From contig CP181291.1 of NCBI GenBank assembly GCA_052279835.1, positions 1,248,001-1,312,000 of the forward strand: a stretch of 64,000 nucleotides of DNA. Direction: 5' to 3'. This DNA is from Microcoleus sp. GTDB taxonomy: Bacteria; Cyanobacteriota; Cyanobacteriia; Cyanobacteriales; Microcoleaceae. The notes under the pieces were generated by a model, which was given only the letters and a program-made list of their open reading frames with translations, was not told the origin of the DNA and ran no database searches. Positions 28,838-40,587 of this stretch are shown one piece after another (the first letter of the stretch is position 1; every line of letters begins with the position of its first letter). The position numbers and the translations under genes are program-made.

Positions 28838-30652
28838 TTACGAATCGCGATCGAGCTTCAGCACAGCCATAAAAGCTTCCTGCGGCACATCCACAGTACC
28901 CACAGACTTCATCCGCTTCTTACCCTTCGCCTGCTTTTGCAGCAGCTTCTTCTTCCGCGAAATATCGCCGCCATAACACTTAGCCAACACATCCTTCCGC
29001 AAAGCCGGAATGTGCTCTGAAGCAATCACCTTCGCGCCAATGGTCGCTTGAATGGGAACCTTAAATTGGTGGCGAGGAATCAACTCTTTGAGCTTTTCCG
29101 TCAAGCCGCGGCCCACATTATAGGCTTTATCGCGGTGTACAATCATCGCCAAAGCATCCACCGGATCGCCGTTAATTAAAATGTCCAATTTCACCAAGGG
29201 ATTTTCGCGATAGCCAATCAGGTGATACTCCATGCTGGCATAACCGCGCGATCGCGATTTCATCTGATCGAAAAAGTCAGTCACTACTTCCGCCAAAGGC
29301 AACTCATAAATCAACGTAGTCCGCCCTTGACTGAGATATTTCATATCTTTAAAAATGCCCCGCCGACTCTGAGATAATTCCATCAAAGTCCCCACATATG
29401 TTTCGGGCGATAGCATTTCTACTTGCACGTAAGGCTCCTCAATTTTATCACGATACTGAGGGTCTGGCAAGTGGCTCGGATTGTCAATTGTTATGACTTC
29501 TCCCTTAATTGTCGTGACTTGATAAACCACGGAAGGAGCAGTCACAATTAAATCCAAATTGTATTCTCGTTCCAGTCTTTCTTGCACAATTTCCATGTGC
29601 AGCAAACCTAAGAAACCGCAGCGGAAACCAAATCCCATCGCACTGGATGTTTCTGGTTCGTAGGAAAGGGCCGCATCGTTAAGTTCGAGTTTTTCTAAGG
29701 CTTCGCGCAAGTCTGGAAATTGGTCAGCATCGATCGGGAATAAGCCACAAAACACCATCGGTTTCGCCTCGGTATAACCAGGCCAAGGCTCCGGTGCAGG
29801 CTTTTTGACCAAAGTAATTGTATCTCCCACGCGAGCATCCGCTACTGCCTTAATCGCTGCGCCTAGATAACCTACTTCTCCGGCGTGGAGTTCATCTACT
29901 GGGATTTGAGTTGGTGAAAGTATGCCTAATTCATCGATGACATATTCCTTGCCCGAAACCATCAATAATACTCGATCGCCTTTTTTGACACTGCCATCCA
30001 TCACCCGGAAATAAACAATTACTCCTCGATAAGCATCGTAATAACTATCAAAAATTAGCGCCCTGAGTGGTTTATCGACGGTATCCTGTGGTGGTGGCAC
30101 CTTTTCGACGATCGCCTCCAAAATATCATCAATACCGATACCTTCCTTCGCAGAAGCCAGAATCGCGTCGCTACAGTCGAGTCCGACAATCTCTTCAATT
30201 TCCCCTTTTACCCGTTCTGGTTCCGCCCCCGGTAGGTCAATTTTATTTAAAACAGTAATAATTTCTAAATCGTTTGCCAAAGCTAGGTAGACATTTGCCA
30301 AGGTTTGTGCTTCCACACCTTGAGATGCGTCAACTACCAGCAGCGCACCTTCACAAGCAGCCAGCGATCGCGACACCTCGTAGGAGAAGTCTACGTGTCC
30401 AGGAGTGTCGATCAGATTAAGCACATAGTCCTGACCATCCTTGGCAGTATAATTCATCCGAGCAGCTTGCAGCTTGATCGTAATCCCACGCTCGCGTTCG
30501 AGCTCCATGTTGTCTAAAAACTGCTCTTTCATCTCCCGTGCTTGGACTGTCCCAGTCGCCTGCAACAGGCGATCGGCCAAAGTGGATTTTCCGTGATCGA
30601 TGTGAGCAATAATCGAAAAATTGCGAATGCGAGATACAGGGACGTTAGTCAT
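28838..30652 (-). CDS. lepA: Elongation factor 4
   Basis: [42 protein letters not shown]. Confidence 0.98.
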   Translation of the reverse strand: MTNVPVSRIRNFSIIAHIDHGKSTLADRLLQATGTVQAREMKEQFLDNMELERERGITIKLQAARMNYTAKDGQDYVLNLIDTPGHVDFSYEVSRSLAACEGALLVVDASQGVEAQTLANVYLALANDLEIITVLNKIDLPGAEPERVKGEIEEIVGLDCSDAILASAKEGIGIDDILEAIVEKVPPPQDTVDKPLRALIFDSYYDAYRGVIVYFRVMDGSVKKGDRVLLMVSGKEYVIDELGILSPTQIPVDELHAGEVGYLGAAIKAVADARVGDTITLVKKPAPEPWPGYTEAKPMVFCGLFPIDADQFPDLREALEKLELNDAALSYEPETSSAMGFGFRCGFLGLLHMEIVQERLEREYNLDLIVTAPSVVYQVTTIKGEVITIDNPSHLPDPQYRDKIEEPYVQVEMLSPETYVGTLMELSQSRRGIFKDMKYLSQGRTTLIYELPLAEVVTDFFDQMKSRSRGYASMEYHLIGYRENPLVKLDILINGDPVDALAMIVHRDKAYNVGRGLTEKLKELIPRHQFKVPIQATIGAKVIASEHIPALRKDVLAKCYGGDISRKKKLLQKQAKGKKRMKSVGTVDVPQEAFMAVLKLDRDS

Positions 30653-31057
30653 ATTTTTTGTCAAAGACCTAATCGGCAAAGGATACTTTTTGTTGTATGA
30701 TTACACAAGCAAGAGTACAGTGCCTGCTTAAACCTCTGATTGGGGATTGAAATCAAACCACCAATCAGTAACTCAACCTAAACACTCCCTCCCTTGTCAA
30801 AGCGATCTCCCTGAAAGGAAAACCTCAAAAGTGTGAAGATCTCCCACCCTGTCCTATCAAGCCAGGAAACCCAACCCAAAAAAACTTCCCTCTGTCCCTC
30901 TGTTCCTCTGTCCTTGTCTGTGTCTCTCTCCCCCTCCTCCTCTGTGTGTCCCTCTGTCGGTGCTTCTCCCCCTCCAGTCAGGTGTTTGTGTACCACACAC
31001 TAACTCAAACAATTAAGCGATTGAAACTTAAGAATTAAAACTAGGATTTTTTTAACT

Positions 31058-31285
31058 ATGAGCGAGTCAAGCATACCTTCCCACGCTGCGTCAGAAAAAG
31101 TGGAATTATCCATCCACATCGATCCTGAACTTTTAGACCAAATTCAGCACTTGACAAATGACCCTAGCAAAGTTATTGAAACTGCAATTAGGCAGTGGTT
31201 AAGGGGCGATCGCCGTGAAGACGAGTTGGCTCTGAGCTTGCGCCGCAACCCCCCAGTTCCGCCTCGTGGTGAGTGGAACGACTGA
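31058..31285 (+). CDS. Small conserved cyanobacterial protein (ribbon-helix-helix-like)
   Basis: VELSIHIDPELLDQI...VIETAIRQWL...PPVPPRGEWND. Confidence 0.7.
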   Translation: MSESSIPSHAASEKVELSIHIDPELLDQIQHLTNDPSKVIETAIRQWLRGDRREDELALSLRRNPPVPPRGEWND

Positions 31286-31788
31286 GGGTCGATCGCGAAT
31301 TCCGGCGTTAATCTGTTGGCTGTGAAATTTGCGATCGCCCCCCAGCTATCATCACAGGCAGATTTCACTACAAAATCATAATTTTCTACCATAAATTTAC
31401 CTAAAAAATAATCAGTTAATGCTGAAAAGTGAGAGACAAAATGGGATGGCGAGTCGCCAGTTTCACTGCCGGACAGCATCAAATATTTTAGGAATTTTTA
31501 AGCCAGATAATTAATCGGCGAAGGAACATTTCTAAATATTAAATAGTAGTCATCAACATCAAACACAATAACTGACAACAAATAGTTTCGAGTCTGAGGT
31601 GCTCGATTTAAAAGTGAGTATTTTTTGAGTTTATTAATAATTCTAAAATTAATGGTAGCATCCAAAAATAGTTGATAGTTTTAAATTGGGGATTTTGAAT
31701 AACAAAGTATTGAACAATTAAACAATTTAACTATTTAACTATTTAACTCCCAAATCAAAAACCAAAATTACTTTTATCTGCTATTCTG

Positions 31789-33663
31789 ATGGACTCTAAC
31801 ACAGATTTTCGGCGATCGAGCCTGGCCTCTACAGCCTTTTTCCAAGAGTTAGGGGCAGAATTAATATTTACCCAAGACAGAAACGGTCAATATCTATCTT
31901 TTTATTGGCAACAAGGCGAGGAGTACAATCTTACAGTAGAACACATTGTCGATGGTGGGGCGATCGACAACTTTCCACCTGTTCCGATAAAACCATACCT
32001 CCAGCGCGTGCAACGAATCCTCGAAACCCTCACACCAGAAAGGTTTAGCTATCCATTTAGTCCCGGCGAAACATATTTACTCTTCGATGTGACAGTCGCT
32101 CCCATTATCACCTCAAACGGCACAGCTACAACAGTTTTAGTAATGGGACGCTTGCTGTCAGACAAACCCACAGACCAGAAGCTAAATTCTGACGCCTTGG
32201 ACTCACAGCTTCAGCCACAAAAGCTGCTCCCAGAAACCTGTATCCCTGCTACTTCCCTCCCTCCCTACTCCGAAATCAATCGCCAAATCATCTCCCAAAT
32301 AGCTCAAAACCTCCACCGAACCCTAGACTTAGAGACAATTTGGCAGCAAACAGCCAACAGTCTCGGTCAAGTTTTAAATGCCAGCCGCTGTATCATCTGT
32401 CCCCACAAACAAACAAGCGAAATTTTCAAATCCTCCCCATTCATTCCCCCGAAAGATATCGAAAATACCGATACTGGGGAATCAGACTTGACCGCGCCCA
32501 TTGCCCAGGACTATCAATTTACTTCTCCTCCCCTTCCTATCGAACATTTCCAATCAAAAACCCTTAAAGTCGTAGCAGAGTACCGTCAAGAACCTTACTC
32601 TGCCATGCTGGGATTAGAATTGCAAGCCGCCGAACAGCCGGGGTGGATTGAAACTCTAGCTACCCTCAAGCCAGTAGCTGTTGAGTATGCTTATCCCGCC
32701 AATGACCCTTTCCAGCGACACTCGGTGCTGGTAGCCGCTACTTCCTATCAAAGCCAACCCAATGCACTGATAGCTTTGCACCGCTGCGGAGATTCCCCGC
32801 AGTGGAGTCCTCTGGAACTTGAATTCGCCCGCGAATTGGTCGCTCAAGTCGGAAGCGCGATCGCCCATGCTACTCTCTATCAAGAACTAGAACAGGCCCG
32901 CGCCGAAGCCGTTGCCCTTTCCCAGCTTAAAAGTCAGTTTCTCGCTAATACTTCTCACGAACTTCGCACCCCCCTCAACGGTATCCTTGGCTTTCTGAAA
33001 TTACTGATGGACGGCATGGCAGATGACCCGGAAGAAGCCCGTGAATTTATCCTGGAAGCTCATCGTTCTGCCGTACTTTTGTTCAACGTCATCGACGATA
33101 TTTTGGATGTCGCTAAAATCGAAGCTGGCAAAATGCAGTTAGACCTCGCTCCTGTCAAACTAGGTGAAGTTTTGCAGCAGGTTGAGTCTTTGACGCGGGT
33201 GCAGGTGGAAGAGAAGCGATTGAAATTTCAAGTCCAAACCCTATCGGCGGAGGAGGAAATTATTGTGTATGGCAATTACCGACGTCTGCTTCAAATTATT
33301 TTGAATCTGACGGGCAATGCGATTAAATTTACAAACGAAGGTGGCATTCGTATTAGTACCGAAACAATTAAGAAAAAAGTTACTTTTCAGAATCAGCAGT
33401 TTCCTGGTCTGATCAAAATCCGAGTGGCTGATACTGGGATTGGGGTGTCTCTGGACAAACAAGATAAATTATTTGAGTCTTTTTTTCAGGTAGATGGCGA
33501 TCGTACCAGAAAATATGGTGGCACCGGTTTGGGATTGGCTATTACTCAAAAACTGGTAGAGGCAATGGGGGGTACGGTCAATTTTTACAGCATGGGGGAA
33601 GGACTCGGATCTACAGTTACTTTCACTGTCTTACTTTACCAAGAACCATTATTTTGTCAATAG
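31789..33663 (+). CDS. PAS-like/GAF sensor histidine kinase
   Basis: GAF (TLDLETIWQQTA...AIAHATLY), H-box TSHELRTPLN, NAIKFT, DTGIG, GGTGLGL. Confidence 0.92.
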   Translation: MDSNTDFRRSSLASTAFFQELGAELIFTQDRNGQYLSFYWQQGEEYNLTVEHIVDGGAIDNFPPVPIKPYLQRVQRILETLTPERFSYPFSPGETYLLFDVTVAPIITSNGTATTVLVMGRLLSDKPTDQKLNSDALDSQLQPQKLLPETCIPATSLPPYSEINRQIISQIAQNLHRTLDLETIWQQTANSLGQVLNASRCIICPHKQTSEIFKSSPFIPPKDIENTDTGESDLTAPIAQDYQFTSPPLPIEHFQSKTLKVVAEYRQEPYSAMLGLELQAAEQPGWIETLATLKPVAVEYAYPANDPFQRHSVLVAATSYQSQPNALIALHRCGDSPQWSPLELEFARELVAQVGSAIAHATLYQELEQARAEAVALSQLKSQFLANTSHELRTPLNGILGFLKLLMDGMADDPEEAREFILEAHRSAVLLFNVIDDILDVAKIEAGKMQLDLAPVKLGEVLQQVESLTRVQVEEKRLKFQVQTLSAEEEIIVYGNYRRLLQIILNLTGNAIKFTNEGGIRISTETIKKKVTFQNQQFPGLIKIRVADTGIGVSLDKQDKLFESFFQVDGDRTRKYGGTGLGLAITQKLVEAMGGTVNFYSMGEGLGSTVTFTVLLYQEPLFCQ

Positions 33664-34199
33664 TTAGTAGTCATTAGTTAGTAGCAGTACCCTAGTTTTT
33701 GACCCCCCGTGCGTCCAGGACTGAGTTATTAATTATGGGAATTCAGCGAATTCCAGAAATATGTATTAATTATTACTCTCTTTTTTCCCTTGCTCCCTAT
33801 TTTTGGGACTCTAGACTGATGACAATCGTCCCGCAGTGGTCTTTGGGCGCCTAGACCCAACAGGTATTTGGGGAGGTAGGTATCAAACCCCCTATTATTT
33901 TCCGTGAAACCATTGAGAATACAACGTATTTATAGGGATTTTGATGCCTGATTGAGCTTGCCCAGAACGTAATATAAAGAAAATTTACAAAAACTTGACA
34001 AAACTTCTTAAGTATGAGAAGTATAATGTTATTATAGAAATAATTACAGTTAGCTAGTAATTTTTGAAAGCCTGTGGGAACATTTAAGTGTAATTACGGA
34101 AGTCAGAAATTCGACAGTCTGCATTTGGCAAATTCAGTAAATTCCTCCTCTGTTGGCGGAGTGGTAAAATTTTGCCATTCCAGTAGAAAAGGGGTTGCT

Positions 34200-35009
34200 A
34201 TGAATCAGCAGATATCAGCTCAATCGCAAAAACTTTTACTGCAAATTGGCAGAAAGATTCGTAAAACTCTGGATCTAAATGGCATTTGGCAGCAAACAGT
34301 TAATAGTCTGGGGCAAACCCTTGATGTCAGTCGCTGTATCATTTGTCCCTATGAAAGTTCTAGCCTGCAAGTTAAGGTGGCAGCCGAATACTGTCAGGAT
34401 CGATTTCCAGCCATGCTGGGAGTAGAGCTTTCCTTAACAGAAACACCTCATTTTATGGAGGCGATCGCCACCCTAGAACCCGTGGTATTTGACTCCTTTG
34501 CCGACGATGACCCTTTCGGCAGACAGTCAGTGTTAGTGGTGGCTACAGCCTATCAAGAGCAAGCTAACGGCATTATTAGTTTGCACCGATGCGGTCAGGA
34601 TAATTTAGGAAACAATATAGGCGATCGACCTTGGACTCAGTGCCAAATCGAATTCGCTCAAGAACTTGCCGATCAAGTAGGAAGCGCCATCGCCCTCGCC
34701 ACGCTCTATCAAGAGCGCAGCGATCGAGTCACAGAACTTTCCCAGCTCAAAAAGCAGTTCATGTTGAAAGCGTCCCACGAACTCCGCACGCCCCTAAATC
34801 ACATTATTGGTTATCTACAACTAACTGTAGATGATATGGCAGACGATCCCATAGAGGAGAGGGCTTTTATCCAAGAAGCTCACCGTTCTGCTCTCCACCT
34901 TTCTAAGGTAATTGGTAATGTCTTAGATTTCATTCAGTTAAGCGATGCTTGTCAGACTCACGCAGAGCTGGCTGCAATCAGAAGTCAGGAGACATCTTCC
35001 CAGGACTAA
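34200..35009 (+). CDS. GAF-HisKA protein lacking the HATPase domain (short paralog of the upstream kinase)
   Basis: IWQQTVNSLGQ...SHELRTPLN...MADDP.E.R.FI.EAHRSA shared with the upstream gene; ends after HisKA. Confidence 0.8.
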   Translation: MNQQISAQSQKLLLQIGRKIRKTLDLNGIWQQTVNSLGQTLDVSRCIICPYESSSLQVKVAAEYCQDRFPAMLGVELSLTETPHFMEAIATLEPVVFDSFADDDPFGRQSVLVVATAYQEQANGIISLHRCGQDNLGNNIGDRPWTQCQIEFAQELADQVGSAIALATLYQERSDRVTELSQLKKQFMLKASHELRTPLNHIIGYLQLTVDDMADDPIEERAFIQEAHRSALHLSKVIGNVLDFIQLSDACQTHAELAAIRSQETSSQD

Positions 35010-35166
35010 ATAGTTGAATCGCTCATCCATCCATTAGGGTTTTCTACAACTAACCATATCGACTGTTTCCAACTATTTATTTTTAATTATTTATTAACTA
35101 AATTAATTAAACGTAAGATATTGGTGGCTAAAAAGCTTTCTGTATCATGATTCTGCGCGGTTGCTT

Positions 35167-36729
35167 TTACTTACTTTTTTTAGTATTTGTTGGAGGAGTA
35201 ATATAACGAGCCCAAAAGGGTTCTTCCATATTTTTTAGCCCTACAAGTTTTTGGCGCTCTGACTCTATGCGCTTGCGTTCTGAAAGGTCAGAAAATATTT
35301 TTATGCAGCCGATAGTCTGGCCGCTGGCATCTTGCACCGGTGCGGCGAATAGCCAAAGATCGATCGAGCCACCGTCTTTCTTTAACAGAGACACTTCACA
35401 ACCGTTCTGTACCTTGCCATTTAACATCGACTTGAGAATAGCCTCAAAATCTTGCTCTTTGCCTTGGGGAATATTAGGCTCAATTTGCTCCAAAACTTGT
35501 GTAGCACTCCAACCAAAAATTTTTTCTGCCATGGGGTTCCAGACAGTTACTTTGCCCTTGGTATCAGTACAAATTATGGCCAGTGGCGCAGATTCTATTT
35601 GTGCTTGTAGCAGTTCCTTAGCCAATTGTAGTTGTAATTCTACTTGCTTGCGATCGGTAATTTCCTGACAAGCGCCCCACAAACGCACAATCCGTCCCTC
35701 AGTCTTGTCCCAAACAGCTTGCCAGCAATCCCGCACCCAGCGCACTTCACCTTTTTTATTCAGAATGCGATACTCATTCTTCCCCGTGCGAATCGAAGTA
35801 CAGTCTGTTAATTGTTCGAGTAACATTTTTCTGTCGTCGGGATGAGCTAGCTCTAAACTCCACCAACCCCCAGCAGTCAATTCTTCAGGCAAGCGGCCAG
35901 TACAGCGTGTAAAAGCTTCCGTTACCCACTCACAGACAAACTTACCATCGGCTGCAACCCTAAAAGAATAAGCAAAATCTGAAGTAATTTGGGACATAAT
36001 TCTGTAGTGAAATTCCGACTCCCGCACGGCAATTTCTGCTTGCTTGCGTTCCCCGATTTCCCGCGAACTAATTACAATTCCGTGGACATTAGAATCTTGC
36101 AGTAAACTATTACCGATCGCCTCCATATATACCCAAGTACCGTTTGCGTGGCGCTTCCTATATTCGATGGGACTAGCAACTCCAGGATGTTCTAGCAACT
36201 TGCCAAAATACGCTTGCCAAGCCAGCAAATCCTCTGGATGGATCAACTCCCCATGAACTTTCCCAATTCTTTCTTGGGCCTTATAACCCAAAACCCTTTC
36301 CAGGGCGGGGCTGTGGTATCTAACTCGTCCATCCGGCTCTATAATGCTAATGAGATCGGGAGAATTTCGGAGCACAGTTTGTAGTTTCGCTTCATTTTTA
36401 ATCTGGGCTTGATTATCTAAGCGATACTGACGTATCTCTTTTTGTAACTCTTCTTGCAACCGTCTCATTTGAGAAGCTTGTTGTGCCACCGTGCGTTCTA
36501 AAAGACGATTAGATTTTTCTAATTCTACCAGCTTAGCAGCATTGTTTGTCGCACTTTCAAACACGCGACTAGCCGCCAATTCTTGCAAAGAATTAGACAG
36601 ATTTTCTAAATTTTGTGTAAAATTTATCTGCTGTGCCTGTGGAAGTTCACTGACTTGTAATTGTAAAGTTTTTAGGTATTGAAAAGTTTTTTCTAGCATT
36701 TTAAATTTTGAGTAACGGAGAAACTCCAT
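35167..36729 (-). CDS. Coiled-coil plus multi-PAS protein with no output domain
   Basis: Three PAS/PAC repeats (IHPED, AHPDD, WNPMAEKIFGW); start uncertain. Confidence 0.82.
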   Translation of the reverse strand: MEFLRYSKFKMLEKTFQYLKTLQLQVSELPQAQQINFTQNLENLSNSLQELAASRVFESATNNAAKLVELEKSNRLLERTVAQQASQMRRLQEELQKEIRQYRLDNQAQIKNEAKLQTVLRNSPDLISIIEPDGRVRYHSPALERVLGYKAQERIGKVHGELIHPEDLLAWQAYFGKLLEHPGVASPIEYRKRHANGTWVYMEAIGNSLLQDSNVHGIVISSREIGERKQAEIAVRESEFHYRIMSQITSDFAYSFRVAADGKFVCEWVTEAFTRCTGRLPEELTAGGWWSLELAHPDDRKMLLEQLTDCTSIRTGKNEYRILNKKGEVRWVRDCWQAVWDKTEGRIVRLWGACQEITDRKQVELQLQLAKELLQAQIESAPLAIICTDTKGKVTVWNPMAEKIFGWSATQVLEQIEPNIPQGKEQDFEAILKSMLNGKVQNGCEVSLLKKDGGSIDLWLFAAPVQDASGQTIGCIKIFSDLSERKRIESERQKLVGLKNMEEPFWARYITPPTNTKKSK

Positions 36730-37004
36730 ATTAGTAAGGTGTCTCAGATTCAGTTCCAAAACCCCTAAAAATTGTTCAAGAAACGATAACCAATAATCAA
36801 TAACCAAATTTAATTGCTATGAAACTCTAACAGCGATTGCCTTTGACTAGGGAATTTGTTAATTTCCTGGGTATGGAGTCGTTTTTATTTGATCATAGCA
36901 AGGGGAAAACCGAACTGCAAACTACGGTACACCAGCCCGATCAACCAGTGTAGACCTTGCCGGTGTTAGGCTAAACTAAATGGGTGTATAGACAAAGAGG
37001 ATTT

Positions 37005-37655
37005 ATGACAGAGCAAGCCAACGCTCGCGATTTATTTCGCGCTGCCTACGAACACCGCTACACTTGGGATGCCAACTTTCCCGGTTATACTGCCGACATC
37101 GAACTCAAGCAAGGCGACGAAGTATACACAGGTCAAGTTTCCATTAAACCAGACATGACTGTGGAAGTGAGCGGCATTGCAGACGAGGAAGTGCAGCAAA
37201 GCGTCTACACTCAAATGCGCGATATTGTTACCCACCGCAAACGCTCAACATTTGAAAAATCGCACGGGAAAAACAACTTCACCCTCGGCGAAAAGGACAG
37301 CACCGACGCTGTGGACATCTTGGTGCAAGGCGACTCGATGGGATCTAATTATAAGATCCGAGGTTTGTCAATTTGTCAAGTCAGCCGGGTGATGGGCCGC
37401 ATGGCTTTCGTCATTGACACCCACAAAACCCTAGAAACACCCGAAGGTTCTTTGGCTAGTCACTACGATGCTGTTTTCCGCAACCCCCAAACAGATGAAA
37501 TCATCAGAGAACTGGAATTTGAAGACTCTTTTGAGAAAGTAGGTGACTATTATGTTATGACCAAACAAGTAGTGCGATCGAAAGAAAAAGGTCAAGAGAC
37601 AACAACCGAATTCAACTACTCTAACGTCAAACTGCTAGAACCAGCAGTAGTTTAG
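37005..37655 (+). CDS. DUF3386-like protein
   Basis: ARDLFRAAYEHRYTWDANFPGY motif; RBS GAGG. Confidence 0.8.
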   Translation: MTEQANARDLFRAAYEHRYTWDANFPGYTADIELKQGDEVYTGQVSIKPDMTVEVSGIADEEVQQSVYTQMRDIVTHRKRSTFEKSHGKNNFTLGEKDSTDAVDILVQGDSMGSNYKIRGLSICQVSRVMGRMAFVIDTHKTLETPEGSLASHYDAVFRNPQTDEIIRELEFEDSFEKVGDYYVMTKQVVRSKEKGQETTTEFNYSNVKLLEPAVV

Positions 37656-37659
37656 AGAC

Positions 37660-37702
37660 AATCGAAAAACCTAATTTCCTAAATAAAACAGGTTTTTCGA
37701 TT
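37660..37702. terminator. Stem-loop after the DUF3386 gene
   Basis: AATCGAAAAACCT ... AGGTTTTTCGATT. Confidence 0.55.
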
Positions 37703-37785
37703 ACCATATCAGCATCAACAGTCAGTAACTGTGCGATCTAGATCCAGTACACATCAACTCTACTAAATAATTCGGAAGGTTAAAT

Positions 37786-38025
37786 ATGACGACACTAGCA
37801 CTAACAAGAGATAACGTCGAAACAGTTCTCGATGAAATGCGCCCCTACCTGATCTCGGACGGCGGCAACGTCGAACTGGTAGAAATCGACGGCCCAGTCG
37901 TACACCTGCGGCTACAAGGAGCTTGTGGCTCTTGCCCAAGCTCTACAATGACCCTGAGAATGGGCATAGAACGTCGCCTGCGCGAAGCCATCCCAGAAAT
38001 CTCGGAAGTTGAACAGGTAATGTAA
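37786..38025 (+). CDS. nfuA: NifU-like Fe-S scaffold (NfuA)
   Basis: [28 protein letters not shown]. Confidence 0.9.
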   Translation: MTTLALTRDNVETVLDEMRPYLISDGGNVELVEIDGPVVHLRLQGACGSCPSSTMTLRMGIERRLREAIPEISEVEQVM

Positions 38026-38029
38026 TTAA

Positions 38030-38190
38030 TCAGCAGTCATTAGTCAGTAGTCAGTAGTCAGTAGTCATTAGTAACAAGTAGATAAAGCAACTAATGACTA
38101 ATAAATCATACTCCCGATTAATGACTGCCGATTAATAACTGCCGATTAATGACTGCTGACTAATGACTGCTAACTAATGACTAAGGACTA
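38030..38190. repeat. STRR heptamer and 14-mer arrays (AGTCAGT, TAATGAC, CCGATTAATGACTG)
   Basis: Read directly from the sequence. Confidence 0.75.
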
Positions 38191-38195
38191 GAGTA

Positions 38196-40443
38196 ATGTC
38201 TCACCCCCTATATGTAGCCTTCATTTGGCATCAACACCAACCTCTCTATAAATCCAGAGTAGCTGCTAAGGAAACAGAGGCTCAATATCGATTGCCTTGG
38301 GTGCGCTTGCACGGGGTTAAAGACTATTTGGATTTAGTGCTACTTCTGGCAAAATATCCCAAACTGCATCAAACTGTAAATCTCGTTCCATCCTTGATTT
38401 TGCAGATAGAAGACTGCATCGCAGACCGAGCATTAGACCCCTATTTGGCGGCGGCTCTCAAGCCCACTGAAGATTTAAAGATATCAGAAAAAGAATTTAT
38501 TTGTCAGCACTTTTTTGATGCCAATTACCACACCCTAATTCAACCCCATCGCCGCTACAATCAACTCTACACTCAACATCAGGAAAAAGGTATTCAGTGG
38601 TGTGTGGAAAATTGGAATCAACAGGATTTTAGCGACTTGCTGGCTTGGCACAATTTAGCTTGGATTGACCCGCTATTTTGGGATGACCCGGAGATTGCCG
38701 GGTGGCTGAAACAAGGACAAAATTTTAGTTTAGCCGATCGCCACAAAATCTACTCCAAACAAAAACAAATCCTAGCCAAAATCATTCCCCAGCACCGAAA
38801 AATGCAAGCTGAGGGACAATTAGAAGTCTCCACAACCCCCTATACACACCCGATATTACCGCTGCTTGCTGATACGAATTGCGCTCGCATAGCTATTCCC
38901 AACATGACCCTGCCACAACATCGGTTTCAGTGGGCAGAAGATATTCCCCGACACCTCAGAAAATCCTGGGAAATCTATCAAGATAGGTTTGATTGCGAAC
39001 CTCGCGGTTTGTGGCCCTCGGAACAGGCAGTTAGCCCAGAAATTTTGCCCTATATTGCCAAACAAGGGTTTAAATGGATAGTCTCCGACGAAGCTGTATT
39101 GGGGTGGACCATTAAACACTTTTTTCACCGCGATGGGGCTGGGAATGTCTGGGAACCAGAATTGTTATATCGCCCTTACCGCTTAGAAACTCCCGATGGT
39201 GATTTAGCTATAGTCTTTCGAGACCACCGATTGTCAGATTTGATCGGATTTACCTACGGTTCGATGGCACCGAAAAAAGCAGCATCAGATTTAGTGGGAC
39301 ACCTAGAGGCGATCGCGCGAACCCTCAAACACCGACAATCCAGCGGCACCACAACCCTAGAAAATCCGTGGTTAGTTACCATCGCCCTAGACGGCGAAAA
39401 CTGCTGGGAATTCTATCCCCAAGATGGCACACCCTTCCTAGAATCCCTCTATGAAACCCTCAGCCTCGACCCAGATATTAAACTGGTAACAGTCTCCGAA
39501 TTTCTTGACAAATTCCCCCCAACAGCCACAATTGAGTCAACCCAACTCCACACCGGTTCTTGGGTTGATGGTTCCCTCGCAACTTGGATTGGCGATCCCG
39601 CCAAAAATCGCGCTTGGGATTTGTTAGGCCAAGCAAGGCAAATGCTGGCAAACCATCCAGAGGCTACGGAAGAAACTAATCCCGAAGCTTGGGAAGCACT
39701 CTACGCTGCCGAAGGTTCCGACTGGTTTTGGTGGTTTGGCGAAGGTCACACCTCTAACCAAGATGCCATGTTTGACCAGCTATTCCGGGAACACGTAGCA
39801 GCAATTTACGAAGCTCTCAACGAGCCAGTACCTCCCCAAGTGCGCCGACAAGTAGAGGCCCACGAAGCTCAAGGCGACCATCAACCGCTGAGCTTTATTC
39901 ACCCGGTGATTGACGGTATCGGTAATGAACAGGATTGGGACAAGGCTGGGCGGATTGAAGTTGGGGGAGCGAGGGGGACAATGCACCGCAGTTTCTGCAA
40001 TTCAGCGGCTTTGGTACGGGGTAGATCACTTGAATTTTTACCTTCGTGCCGACTTTAAGGCGGGTGTTCGGCCCGGAATTGATTGCCCGCCGGAGTTGAA
40101 TTTGTTATGGTTTTATCCCGATCGCACCATGCACAACAGCCTGATTCCACTGTCAGATTTGCCTGATACTGCACCCCTGAACTATCGATTCCACCATCAG
40201 TTAGGGATTAATTTGCTAACTAAATCGATTAGGTTTCAGGAGGCTGGAGAACGGGATGAGTGGCATCCTCACATCAGCCGCGCTCAGGTTGGGTTGGATA
40301 AATGTCTGGAGGTAGCAATACCTTGGGCAGATTTGCAGATTATGCCAGACTGGTCACTGAGGCTGATTGCGGTGTTATCGGAAGGGGAGCGTTACTGTAG
40401 CTGTTTACCGTTCGATTCTTTGATTGCGATCGGAATGCCTTAA
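38196..40443 (+). CDS. Glycoside hydrolase family 57 (amylopullulanase-like), apparent +1 frameshift at about 39992
   Basis: WHQHQP, PYTHPILP, GLWPSE, LDGENCWE, AEGSDWFWW; removing one T restores MHRSSAIQRLWYG. Confidence 0.9.
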
Positions 40444-40587
40444 AGAGTTATTGGTTATTGGTTCTTAGTTATGAATTATTGGTTATTCGTTAGGCCGGAG
40501 CTAGCAAATAACTAATCACAAACAACAAATGACAACAAATAACTAATAACAAACAACACATAACCCATAACTAATTATAAACAACCA

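Noticed and set aside
31058..31285. Toxin-antitoxin antitoxin
   Set aside because: No adjacent toxin ORF; treated as a standalone small protein
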